A DNA stretch of 64,000 nucleotides from Rhodosorus marinus CCMP1338 (taxonomy: Eukaryota > Plantae > Rhodophyta). The stretch's first letter is position 1; every line of letters starts with the position of its first letter. The stretch spans positions 1 through 64,000 of the forward strand of contig JAMWBK010000006.1 of the NCBI GenBank assembly GCA_029953675.1, read 5' to 3'. Made by a program: the position numbers and the translations under genes. Positions 10,302 to 21,931 of this stretch are shown here, in pieces. The notes under the pieces were generated by a model that saw nothing but the letters and a program-made list of their open reading frames with translations, searched no databases and was not told where the DNA came from.

Positions 10302-13300
10302 CTAATGGGTTGTGTGGCTACGTTCTAAGATAGGGACGATGTCATAGTCTGCTTCGTCGACACGACGTGCCTGGGTGGCAAGGATAGCGTTTCCTTTCCA
10401 CAAAGTGCGGTTCAAGATCGCCCGAGCCTCACTTACTTGCGTTGCCCGCTGATCCAGGTGTATAGTCGCTTCCTTGAGGAACTCACTCGCTTGTTGTCCC
10501 ATCTGCCCAAATGTTTCCAGGCAGAAGGGGACGAAGATGTCGTCGTTATGTTCTCCGATACTGTCACGGTATTTGGACTCTTTAAACTTTTCCGCTTTCC
10601 GTGCCGCATACCCGGTCTCCCAAGACGCTTTGTGGAGGTGTGTTCTTTGCAAAGGCGAGGTCACCTTCACATCGATCACGTAGAGCTTGCCTGTTCGTGG
10701 GTGTCGGGCTAGAATGTCAGGCCGAAGCCGACTGCCTTGGTAGTGTCCGGTCGGTTCTATTGTCACTTCTAGTCGCCATTGTCTCAGCACTGTCGCCAGG
10801 GCGTCCCTGACCATGTTATGCCGAATTGTCCAACTGCCGGTAGAGCTGGTGCAGTGGTGAAGGCGTTGAATGCCTGCAGCGTCGTGTGGTTGGGAACATA
10901 TCGTACACGTACCAAGTATTCGTTCCACCCGGCAGGGGTAATCCCAACAGTTGTCGAAGGCTCAGGTTCAGTTCTCCGCTACTTAGGCCGCGTCCGTGTT
11001 TCCTTGGCAAGTCTCGCAGCCAAGTACCCCTCCTGATCCCTTGCAGGAGCGTATTCGCGCACGTGCCGTCTCGCTGATCTCCGCGTTCTCCACCATTTCC
11101 TCGAATGCCCGTCGGTGACTCCAGTTGGAGAGGAGTTTTTGGGTTGAACCGATCAAGGGCCTGTCGGGTGGTGTGTGCGGGTTCTCTGCTTGTTCTTGGC
11201 TCTCCAACGATTGCCATTCTGTTAGGCGGAGTATGGGGGCCGGTGTTCCTCGTGCCAGGCAGCGTTTTGAGTGGAGGCTCGCTTCGATTAGTTGTGCTCC
11301 AAGTTGATCCGTCGAGTGGAGCAGGGGTCGAATGTGATGGTGCTCGGTCAGGTTCGTCGATGTGCAGGCATCGAGTAGCGCTCCTAGGTGGCTAGATCCA
11401 GTCCAATTGAGCTTCAGAGTCTGTCGCCAACTGCTGAAGAAGGCGAGGGGTTGTATTCGTGTTCTCATCGCTAGGCCTGCGCCACCCCATCGGCAAGGGA
11501 GCTGGATCTGCGCTTCGACCACGTCTTTTGCGGGTCCTGTGAGGCCCTGGCCTTCGAGGAGCGAGCCGCACAGTTTGTCGAGTTCCAGGAGCGAGATGCG
11601 ATCGGCTTCGCGTGCGAGATTGGCTCCGTATTGTAGGGCGAGCGTGCGTAGAGCAAAGTCTAGACGCGGTCCCGGTGCGCAGTAGCGGAATAGGCACAGT
11701 TTAATTGGTAGCTCAGTGGTCGGTAGACGGATGACCTCTTGGACGAGTTTTTCATGTTCTCGTTGTAGCTTCCTGTTCGCGTCTTGGACGTAGGTCCGTG
11801 TGCCAATAGGGATGGAATAAAGTTGGATTCCGTCCCGGGTGACATGTACGTCGGGAATTTCCCTGTTGACGAGTCTGGTCGTCGGCAGTTGGAGTCCAAA
11901 AAGCTCGCATTTCGTCCTTTGAAGTTGTGCGCCTATTTCGGGGAGGTGGTGCTCGCTCCAGTGTAGCGCTTCTTTCACGTCCTTCAGAGGGCCAAGTAAG
12001 GTGAGGTCGTCGTGGATTGCGCTAAGGGTGATCCTCGGAAACCGGTCTCGTAGTGCTCGTAGGAGTGGGGAAAGGGCGAGCGCGTGTAAAAGCAGGTCCC
12101 AACGGATCGCCTTGTTGGACTCCAGTCCAGGCTCGGAGCTGGAGCCAGTCATCGACATCGCTGTCTCGCCATCCGAATTGGCGTGGGGCGCTCTCGCCTC
12201 GTGGTCCGTAGCTCATTGTCATAAGCGACTTCAATTCGGGGAAAGCTAGCTCGATGATACGGTTTGCGAGGCGTCGGTCGATTCTGTTGAACGCGTTTGC
12301 GAGATCAAGTTTGAGGAGCACGTCATTCGGGCGCGCTGCGAGGTGGGCTTCCGCGAGGTGGATGGCGTGTTCGCAGCCGCCGCTGACCGAGATGCCGAGT
12401 TGTTCCGGGAGCAGAAAGTCGCGAAGGGGCGTGGCGACAGCGCGAAGTGTCCATTGGGTGACGGCCTTCCGCAGTACCTCAGGAATCCCTAGCGGGCGTA
12501 GGCGAAGAGGGTACCCTTGTCTAGCTTCGGCAGACGTTCGCTTGTCTTTCGCGAGGAGTCGGTTGCTGCGCATGGCTTCGAGAAACACGTCAGGGAAGCT
12601 CTCCGGAGTGGTGGCAAGCTTGCGAAGGAAGCGTACAAGTACCGGTTGCGTTGTCATGGTGAGACTTCGCAGATGTTCGGCTTTGAGTCCACTCGGCCCG
12701 GGGGCTGTGGCGTACGGTAGGTGTTCCAGCGTTGACAGGAGGCTCTCGTCAGAGGCCAAAGTCGGGTCCCATATATTGCGTTGCAGTCCGTTGAGCTTTG
12801 CCTGTAGGGCGTCTTCAAGCTCCGAGGAGAGCGTTGCGGCCTCGTACTCAGGGAAGAGCGTAGTCAGAACGCGCCAGGTGGCAGGAGTCTTCGAGGCAAG
12901 ATCGGTGGCCAGTAGGAGTTGGCTAGACTGGGACATACGTTGAGCTTTGGCGAGTTGTAGGGCTCGTTTCTGTCGGTGGCGGGTCTGAGGCGGCGGAGGT
13001 ACGATACACTTGGTGTCAAGGGTTTTGCTGTGAGCAGTAAGGTGTTCCCACACCGTGGAGAACCTTCCGTCCATAACGGCGAGCATCTGCGCAGAAGGGG
13101 CCAGGTCGCCTGTGTAGCCGAGTGCGAGACTGGGGAGAGCGAAGATGAACAGGCGTGACAGGTTCGGCGCTGACGTATCAAGGGCAAGTTCCAGGGCTTT
13201 CGACATGAGATGGTTCCAGCGTGTTTTCAGGTTATCGGGGACGAATTGGCGAGTAGGCGTCGGAGCCTGAGTCAGCTGCCACCAGCGGTTGCCATTATCG

Positions 13301-13458
13301 GTTACGTTGAGAGTGAAGTCGTGCAGAGACGAGAGCCAGGCGTTCGAGTCGGTCTCGAAGAGTGACTGCGTCGAAGTGGGAGGTCGTTGGCGACGAGCAC
13401 GAGCACGGCGGGATGAGCGAGAGCGGTTCGGAGTATATTCGTCTGAGGAGCTGCTCAT
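10302..13458 (-). CDS. ORF2 of A1: reverse transcriptase + CCHC zinc knuckle + restriction-like endonuclease (~1051 aa after correcting three 1-nt indels)
   Basis: RT motifs: APGPSG, LRPLGIPEVLRK, QLGISVSGGCE, LDLANAFNRIDR, GVQQGDPLGP, IHDD. Knuckle: CTIC...HHC. RLE: RHN...RPD...IDVKV...KESKY. Frame breaks at ~12090, ~11030 and ~10928, each in a homopolymer. Confidence 0.9.
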
Positions 13459-14974
13459 GATTGAGTCGACGAGAGGGAGTCGGGCGTGAGGTCGTCGACG
13501 GCGTTGGCAGGCTTAGGGCGCTTAGTGGGTGGAGCCACTTGTCTCTTGTCTTGGGCCGTCGAAAGTCCTTGCATCGGCTCTGCAGGGGTCACTGGTTGAT
13601 CGCTAGTGGTGGAGGGGTCAGGCTCCGAGTCTAGTGGATCACGGGCTGTCGCGGCAGGCGTCTCAGGCGTGTTGTCCTCCCGAGCGGCTGGGACTTGGGC
13701 AGAATCAGCGCTATGCGTAGTCGCTGCGAGGGGTTCCGCACTCTCCTCTCCAGTGCCGCCGGTTGAGGGTCAGCTACCCGGGTTCGGTCCAGAGAGCGTG
13801 GCTCTCTGCGCTCGGTTGTTGTCGAGTGCTCTGGAAGCTCAGGGTCGGAGAATGGCACGCGCAGGCAACTGTCGGGTGCTCGTTGAGCGTGAGCGTGGAG
13901 GCTGGCCAGGGTGCGATCGAGCTCGGCCCTGACGTGGCCCAGGAGTGCCTCTCGGTTGTTGGGTGGGAGACTCCTGCGATTTGTAACAATCCGCTGGATC
14001 CGTCGGTAGCGGAGCAGGTTGTGGATCAGTGCAGCGCGGGGATAGTCTGCCGGTTGGTGACGGAGCTTTTCCCTCATGCTCAGGTATTCGTGTGACGTTG
14101 GAGAGAGCTTGACAGCTTGGATACGTTGATCAGGAGGCAGGTGTGCTCCTCTGGTGGGTTCGAAGGCCCCTGCGTTGGTAGCGTCGCGGAGTAGTTGGAA
14201 GGCGGTATGATGAGCGATGACGTGTACATGATGATCAAAGTAGTCCAGCTGGAGCAGCGAATTTTTCTGAAGGCCGGCTAGGCGCTCGATATCCCAAGCA
14301 TGATGGGCCTTGCTTCTGGTGGAGTCCCGAGGTCGAGCATTGAGTAGCACAAATGCATCAACGTCCTTCTGGCTCTGGTACTGCAGCCCATGAATGCTCG
14401 CGAAAAACGAGCGATTGGCAGCTGCTGGGGTCTGGTTGGCGCGGACACGTGTCGTCCAGCTCATTGGTTGAGGTTGAGCTCGAGTCCTTGTCCGTGCTTG
14501 CTCATTGGCCGTTGCGAGATCTGGGAATGCATTGGAATCGAGATCACGTGTCTCGGGAGATCGCGGGCGGGCTGCTGCAGTGGCGTAGTTTGCTGGTTCG
14601 TAGACAGGGAGGGGGCGTTGTGCCCTCGGGGCAGCTTTGTGTGGCGTCGTAGTCAGATTGTGAAGGAGTTGAGCCTCGGTGCCATTGGCGTGTGCCTGGG
14701 CTAAGAGACCCATAAACCGCAGCATAAGCCCATTGTAGAGCGGGGTCTTATGCTTGGGCGCGTCGAGATGCAGCTTCAGCGCTCCGCAGCTCAGGTCAAT
14801 AGCCAAGGGAGTAGGTACGTCGTTGTCAAGTGCAGATGCAGTTGTAGGCTCAGAAACAGGTACGGGCAGAGGCTCGGGTCCGTCTGCCCTCAGGCTAACG
14901 GCCGGGAGGTCTTCCATCGTTGCGTCTGTGCAAAAGCCCCCCCCATCCGGAGGCACGGGCTCGAGAGTAGTCAT
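13455..14974 (-). CDS. ORF1 of A1, unknown domain with acidic/Pro-rich tail and NLS-like PPTKRPKP (~506 aa after one 1-nt correction)
   Basis: ATG at 14974, open to ~13770. A single added C in a CCC run joins it to a frame ending TGA at 13457-13455, which overlaps the ORF2 ATG. Homologous segments occur in other copies. Confidence 0.7.
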
Positions 14975-15042
14975 ATCACTCGATAAGCGTTCGTGGAAAG
15001 AATGAAAGTGTAACTTTATCACCACGATAAACTCCAAAGTCC

Positions 15043-15087
15043 AACCCCAGACTAACGTCAACCCCAGACCCCAGACTAACGTAACCC
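15043..15087. repeat. Short telomere-repeat tract (variant unit, 7-bp CCCCAGA duplication, canonical unit) at the A1 5' junction
   Basis: Sequence reads aaccccagactaacgtc aaccccaga ccccagactaacgtaaccc. Confidence 0.92.
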
Positions 15088-15570
15088 GCGCAGTATGCAG
15101 ATTGCTTCCAGAGAATTGAATTCAGATTACATGAAAACCCGAATGACTGGGCTTTGACTTTTAGTTGTTATGAATATTGTACTAGCTCAAATCGTCGTGC
15201 AGGTTCATCGAATCCAGTTTGAAGCTGCCATGAATCCATCCAGTCTCCGTCTCCTGTATATTCGGGCAAATTCGAGGTGAGTGATCTTCGGAAAGGCCCT
15301 GCTTCAGGCTCCATGCAAGGACACTGCTGGCGTCATCTGGTTGCGTCGGTGCTTTGCGGATCAACTTGGTGCTTGGCACACTTCCAATCCTTTCTTAGTT
15401 TAGCCCTTTCGTGGAGCACAGCCATCCATGTCCTTCCGAGGGTGTGTTCCTTTCGTGGAGTGTATTGCTGTAGGTAGCCCTCTAGTAGAGTTCTCGACTC
15501 CGGCCAGGGGGTTCCACTTTGTTATGTAATAAGTTATACTGGACGTCTTGATACTACGTTCTTCTTGGGT

Positions 15571-15663
15571 AGGCAGCTGCCCAGTAAAGTTTACGGTTAC
15601 GTTAGTCTGGGGTTAGACGTAGTGTTGCGCTGCAGTAGGCAGCTGCCCACTAAAGCTTACGGT
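15571..15663 (+). mobile_element. 93-bp insertion: two minimal family A 3'-end fragments separated by one telomere unit, GGT duplicated
   Basis: Absent from the paralogous site at 31761-31779 (cttctggggttgcggcacc). The fragments match the A2 3' UTR at 25586-25640. Confidence 0.92.
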
Positions 15664-17229
15664 TACGGCACCTTCAACACAAGTGAGCGAAGCACGAGCG
15701 ACGCTCAGCCGGTCCCGGTGGAAAGGGAATGCACTGCTTGCCACCCAGGCTCGCCGAATTGACGAAGGGAGCTATGACATCGTTCCTCTAGTAGAACGTG
15801 GCACGCAACCCATTAGGGTTGTTTTTAGCGCGTAGGTAGATTCCTTATTCGCTCTTGATGGGCTCCACTAGGGAGCTCTTCGGTAGAGCATTCACGGTCA
15901 CAGTTAGGTTATTTATTTTGGACGTCGCATCAGGACCAGATCATCGGATCGGAACCAGTTCAATCCGTCGTAGGTCGGCTCTTGGGTAAATTCAAATGGA
16001 CATGATTCATGGTCCATGGATCACTGCTAGACGCGTATATGACAATGTGCTTGAATTTTGGGGAACTATTTCGAGCCCAGCTGAGGCGAAAGCAAGTAGC
16101 TGCGCTGTTGGCTGTGAGCGCATTGGCTCTACCTTTCAGTGGGAATAATCAACAGGGGATTTTTTTTTTTTTTCAACTTCCGGTGGAGCAGACGTGCAAC
16201 TCAAAAGGCCCAGGTGGACCGCTTGGGACAGGAAGAACCCACCCTAGCCCATATCACCCAAAACCGGAGGTTCCCACTAACCGTTGTCGAATCCGCATCC
16301 CACGGAAATGGAACCCAATGGGCTACCGCACAGCAAGAGTTCCGTAGGTTGCCGAGCTCGGCAACCCACACTCTCACCTAGGGACTCGCGCTCAAAAGCT
16401 CGACCGTACGTGTCCGAAGGTTTAACCGAGGACGGATCGGACACGGTTGAGCTCTATTTCGACCCACAATCTCGATCTCGTCCCCTGTACGTGTCTAGAA
16501 TAAGCATGCCAGCACCAAGTCTTGACTAGTCTGGGGTTACGTTTGCTTTTGGCTTCCACGATGCGAACCTGTGGAACGTCAAGAGCGGCGAGCTCTTGGA
16601 CTCGAGCAGAATCTCAGTTTGTGCCAGTGCTGAGTTTACGCTAATCTGGGGTAATTACCTTCACGAGAATTTCTTTTCGCAGACGAGATGCAGAGACCGC
16701 GGGACAAAATAGTCATAGATGAGATATAGCAATCAACAGAATCACCCACTCACTGGCGGGTCGAATACAGAACCCATCTAGTCTCAGTTGAAGATGGCGA
16801 CTGGTGTTTATACCGCTGCTTTGCTGAACTAAGTAAGCGTGAGCTTGGGGGGCCAGGGTGGTGCTCCTGTCACTTAAGCAACCCCTCGTGTCCCCTGAGG
16901 TTAGCCCTTTTTCCTGGAAAGTGCGTCAACGTGAACTCTGGATTGGAACACTCAAATTCTTAAGCCGAAAACTCCGCCAGTGGTCGCTGGCAACCTCAAA
17001 ACTCAGCTCAAGCAAAGACTCAACCCCTCTAACCGGTTCGTCTAGTCCCGGCTGCAAGTGTTCAAACTCCCGAACCGAGCACGTCCTGAAAGGTCAGACA
17101 GCCCACACATCTGGATTTTTGTCTCCGAGAAAAGAGGAATACAAGACGTTACCTGAATTGGAAAACCGGGGCTATTCCATTATGGAGAGTAAGATGTGAA
17201 TGCAGGGCTACGAGTTTTAGGAGGCTACT

Positions 17230-20200
17230 ATGGCATCTCATGCTAACAATCTGAGAGCCTTTTCTGTTCCACGGAATGTACCGCTTGATGACAAGAAGGA
17301 CCCAGCGGACTTGTATATCGTGCATGACTCACCAGCCGATGATCCTGAAAAGATCTCGGAGGAGCTCGTTCTCAATGATACGACGGTGATCTCTGGTCAC
17401 GCAGAGTGGAGGAAGGTTTGGGAATTTGACAGTTGCATCAAAAATGGTTCTTCCGTGAACACCTCGAACTCAGGAGGACATTCGAACCTGGCGGTGAACG
17501 TTAATTCCGGCGGAGTTGCACGAATAGCAAGCACAGTGGTGAGAAGCTTTTTGAGGTTGAATTGTGACTGGGAGAGCGGAAAATATTGCGAACCGTGGGA
17601 AAAGAGGGTAATTCACTGACACCGTCGTTTCTCCTTGCGGTCGCCAATCGTGCAAGTGCAGTCTGAATTGAGCAAGAGGAGACCACGTGGTTTACGCTTT
17701 GTTTTGAAAGAACGGGACGACACTACGTTCTCTGAGCAATTAGCCTTTCCTCTGCAAAAGCCGAGCGTCAACATTGCGTTCGAGGAGTTTCTCCTCAGGC
17801 TTGCTCGAGGTACAGATTGCACTGGCGAAATGAAGTCCAAGCCTTCGGACGCTTGAATTTGGTTAGGTAATGCTCTTCAAAGCTTCTTCGTTAATCGTCC
17901 AATTTGCCTGTGTTCCCTCTTCTGTGGCAGGTCCATGTAAGGCCGTTTCAAAAGATGTTCCATTGGGGCCGGCCATATCCAGATCCGTAGGGAAGACCTT
18001 AGAAATGATGATGGAAAAGAACATACCGCCGCAGGCGGCTGTCTGGTTTCTTAAGGTGGCCATACTGAATGAATTGCCCAAAAAGACGAGGTTGAGATCT
18101 CACAAGAGGACTTGGGGAATCCCCCTCTTCAACGACCGGAGCTCTAAGCTACCCATCCTTTGTTTCTCATATCATGCCAGACCTGACAAACCGCCGCCGT
18201 TTGCGAAATGGCTCTGGTTTAAGCTGGCATCGGAGCACTTCCGGGCCCAGCTAGAGTCATACCGCGCTCTGAGCGTATCACCGCAAACGTCCGCATCAAA
18301 GTCTAACCAGTGGGAGTACTTTCTGAGCATTTTGCGCTTCCAGGCTGATGAAGGTAAGGACTCCGTTGCTAAAAAAAGTTGCTTTTACTACGATCTCATT
18401 TGCAAATTATTCTGCATGGAGTAGAGGGACGGTGACGTCCTCATCTTGCTTTCTGAACTTCGGTTCTGCAATAGGCCTCCTCGATGAGTTGACCCTAGTG
18501 GGCCGGCTTCTGTTCGTAGAGCTTCGAAAGGAACTCCAGACTGACTATGGGGAAGACGAACGCCCTAGTTGTGCATTAGTTTTTCAGAAGCAACTTCTTG
18601 ATATGCTTCTCGGTGCGATGCAGGAATTCGAACCTGAAATTTTGGCGTCCCGGGAATCTACGGTGGCCCTCAATCAACTTTTGAAAACAGCAATGTCTCC
18701 CACTTCGGCTCGTTTCATCCCTTTCCGAAAACGCTTGTTACAGGTCTCCAGAACCACTAACAAACGTCTTCTCGAAGCAGATTGCCTAACAAACTCGCAG
18801 GTATGCCAAAACAGAGAATCGAGATGGTCGGACTGTATCTTATTTTGCATCGTCGAGGAGTGATTCCCTGGTGTCACAAATGTGTGCTTTCCGACCTCTT
18901 ACCTTTTGTTCTTTCCTCCAAAGTTGTTGCTAGGAGACGATCAGAATCCAGGAACACCTAGATCTCGTGGACGGAATAGAGGAATGGTTTACGACCGTGA
19001 TGCTTTTCACAAGAAGATGCTGCTCCTTGGCTGCCTAACGAAAATGGCTTGGACTGGCAACTTTTCCGAAGCTGTTGAGCTCTGCCAATCTGCTTTCAAC
19101 ACTACTACTGCTGCCGTGCGCTTTCTTGTTAAGTGGACCCTCTGTGGTACAACATCCACATGCCCTCTCGCCGGGCTAACGTACGTACTGAATCGCAACT
19201 ACCCGAAAGACCGAGAGTCCTGGTTTTCGAGAATTCTTCGTTCCTGGAGGAGCTACTACGTTGAGAGTTTTAACAACCTCGTCCACGAATATCCCTTCCT
19301 GGCTGGTATTCTGACATTTGCCTCCGTATCTTGGACACAGGGCTGGCTCTGTGATTAGACTATTGGAAAAGGCTAAGCGAACGAGACGTCAACGGGCACA
19401 AGGTAGATTCATGTTCCAGAGACCAATTACTTCTGAAGTAGAAGTATGCCTGTCAAAGGGGTTGGCGGAATGTGACGCCGCAGTAGAATTTCTCCTGCAC
19501 TTGAGCAGCGTTGAATGCATTTCAATTAGTAACTATTTGAAGTACATCAGAGCGGGCCTTGCGAAGGCGCCAAAGTTACATGGAATTGGAGAGGACCTGG
19601 TGAGGCGATTTCCGGAGACTATGGATCGCAACGCAACGCTTCGAAGGCAAATACTCAAGAGCTTAGGGGTTGATAACATGGAGGTGGGTGGGGGAAGGAA
19701 GAGTGTTTCTGGGAGTCCTCTATGCTTCAATTCATAGGATCGAGATCCGATTCGCAACGTGCACGCTGAGCAAGAGTCTTCTGTCCTGATGTGTAGGCAA
19801 CTGTGACCTACGATCCAAGCGTCATCGAGCGGGTGCTTTCAAATGATCTAGTTTCTGCGAGGGCCGCGGGGAAGGAGCTGAGGAAGAGACATGGCCTTTC
19901 ATCGAGACTGACCCATTGTGACATCGCTGTCAAGGTATAGAAGTAATTGTGAACAGCCCTGGTTGGAACAGATTTTCCCACCAAACCCGAACAGTCTCTG
20001 AAGATCATGATTGCTGCTCATCATTTGCGGAACACTTGCAGTGCGGAGAGGATGTGCGCGTTTCCGTCTTGGTGTCCTTTCTTCTGGAGGCGGGAGCCTA
20101 CCGTACAGCTTCATCGTTTCTTGTGGACATGCTGAAACACGTTGAAGAACGCGGCGACGCTATAGATAAAGCTGATATCATTAGTTCTCTCTCCGGCATG

Positions 20201-21931
20201 GGCCTACTCTTCAGTGCAAGAGGAGATCTTGATTTGGTCATGGACCTTGCAATGAACTGGTCAAAAAGTGAACCCCAGGCTGTGCAGAGGTAATGCATCG
20301 TCTAGGAACCACATCAAATATGCTCCTTACGACAATCTCCACTATCGTTGTTTCCTTGTGCTGATTGTTCACATTCTGTCACGGACAGACTTTTGGGTGC
20401 ACTCGCCATCTCGTTCAAGGACACGTGAGCATCCTGGAAAAACTACGTTCGAAACGGTATTCTACGAGGTTTGTCGTCCTCCATGGCTCGCGCGTTACGA
20501 GGTGAACATGTCAACATAAGCTCGTCCGCGGTATTAGAGCAGTACCTTGATGCGGGCATAGACATCTCTAGCGCAATCCAAGAACTTGGCGATTCGCGAA
20601 GAACTCTTGAGGAATTTATTATACCGCTTGCCAAGGTAGGTGCAGAGATTGCAATGGAGAGAGCTGATTTCCACGTTCCCTCATTTGTTTGAATGGAAAC
20701 TACTGGTTCTAACTGAGTGGCTGTGACCGACTGGAACGCGTCCCAATGGACTAGCTCCGAAAGTCTGTGTGCGTTCCTAGCGAGATTCTTGCGTTCTTTG
20801 CAAGCGGATGCTCTCCCTCGACTGCGCTCGAACTACTGAACGTTATCATGCAGTATGGTCTCGAAGCCGCGGAAAAAGTTGTACAGCATCCGTTCCTACG
20901 AAGTGCGGTTCTATCCGCAGGTCTTCCAGCCGCCCTATCGCAGCACGCACGTCCCGGAGGAAATCCTGAAGCTATTCATCAGAAACCAGAGGAATCCCAG
21001 CAGGCAACTATCAGCTGTCGACGTGGTTAAAAACGCGAACATATTCAACGGCAACCTCTTTGCAATGTGGCTGCAGCTCGAACTGCAGAGAACAAGTTTG
21101 ACGACTTCGGAGGTAATGCGAGACAACTGGCACACGTGGAAGCGTTGTACTGACACGGTTTTCTGCGTTGCAGGTGGACGCTCTGGCTGCAGAAATCATG
21201 GCGCTTCTCGTAGAAGACAAGAGCATAGAGCCTTTGATTTACGACGTCCTGATCAAACCCGAGTCCTTGCGACTACGTGAAAGATTCTTGTCCATCCTGT
21301 TGACAAAGTTCAGCTCTGGATTTGAAGGCTTAATGGTCTCATCATCGGTACGCAGCCGCAAAATGACGTCGACATTTTTCAATGGCGATGTCAGTGAGCG
21401 CTAGCGGATGGCATTGGTGATTTTCTTGCTCAACCGAAACTCCTAAATTCTGACTATGGCACCCAGGAGACTTTGAACCGGTCAACGGAAAGGCTCGCTG
21501 AAGTAGACTACATATGTTTCAAGTTGCTGAAATATTTGAGTTTTCATTCAGAAGTACACGTTGACTTTGAGCTTGTACAGGAGGACATGATAAAACAGTT
21601 GAAGCAGATCAAGGAGACCCTGGGGAACGTCTTGCCGGAGAAGCTTATGCACCACAAGTATGTTGGCAAGGCAGTGTTGAGGCGGATCGAACTCCTTCGA
21701 GGGGCTGGGTTCGATGGCCTCGTGGCGAACTCCACGGAACTCTTGCTACAGACGTTGGAGGTGGTTGTTCCGGCACTGGAGGAGTCTGAAGTTGAAGACA
21801 TTCTCAGCGCAATCCAGGGATCGGAAAATCTGACGACGGAGGGAAAGGAACGTGATGAGACGGGATTGAAAAGAAGGGTACGTTCTGTCATGAAGGTTGT
21901 GAATTTTGTTCAAACAACATGTACTTCGTAA
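17230..21931 (+). pseudogene. MED12: MED12 (Mediator kinase-module subunit) pseudogene, distal copy
   Basis: Paralog of 33348-38052. It has a nonsense change (TGA at 20426-20428 vs TGC), a 4-bp insertion near 20948 and a 1-bp deletion near 21420. Confidence 0.75.

Larger units (their letters stand above)
10224..15066 (-). mobile_element. Apparently full-length telomere-inserted CRE-like non-LTR retrotransposon, family A (copy A1), ~4.8 kb, two ORFs
   Basis: The 3' end (CAGTAAAGTGTACGC) joins GGTTACGTTAGTCT of the array, and the 5' end is embedded in telomere repeats at 15043-15087. It encodes ORF1 plus an RT-CCHC-RLE ORF2. Confidence 0.92.

Noticed and set aside
15000-15061. ORF1 starting inside the telomere repeat (track start 15061)
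   Set aside because: Non-ATG start in repeat DNA; the first ATG at 14974 is more plausible.
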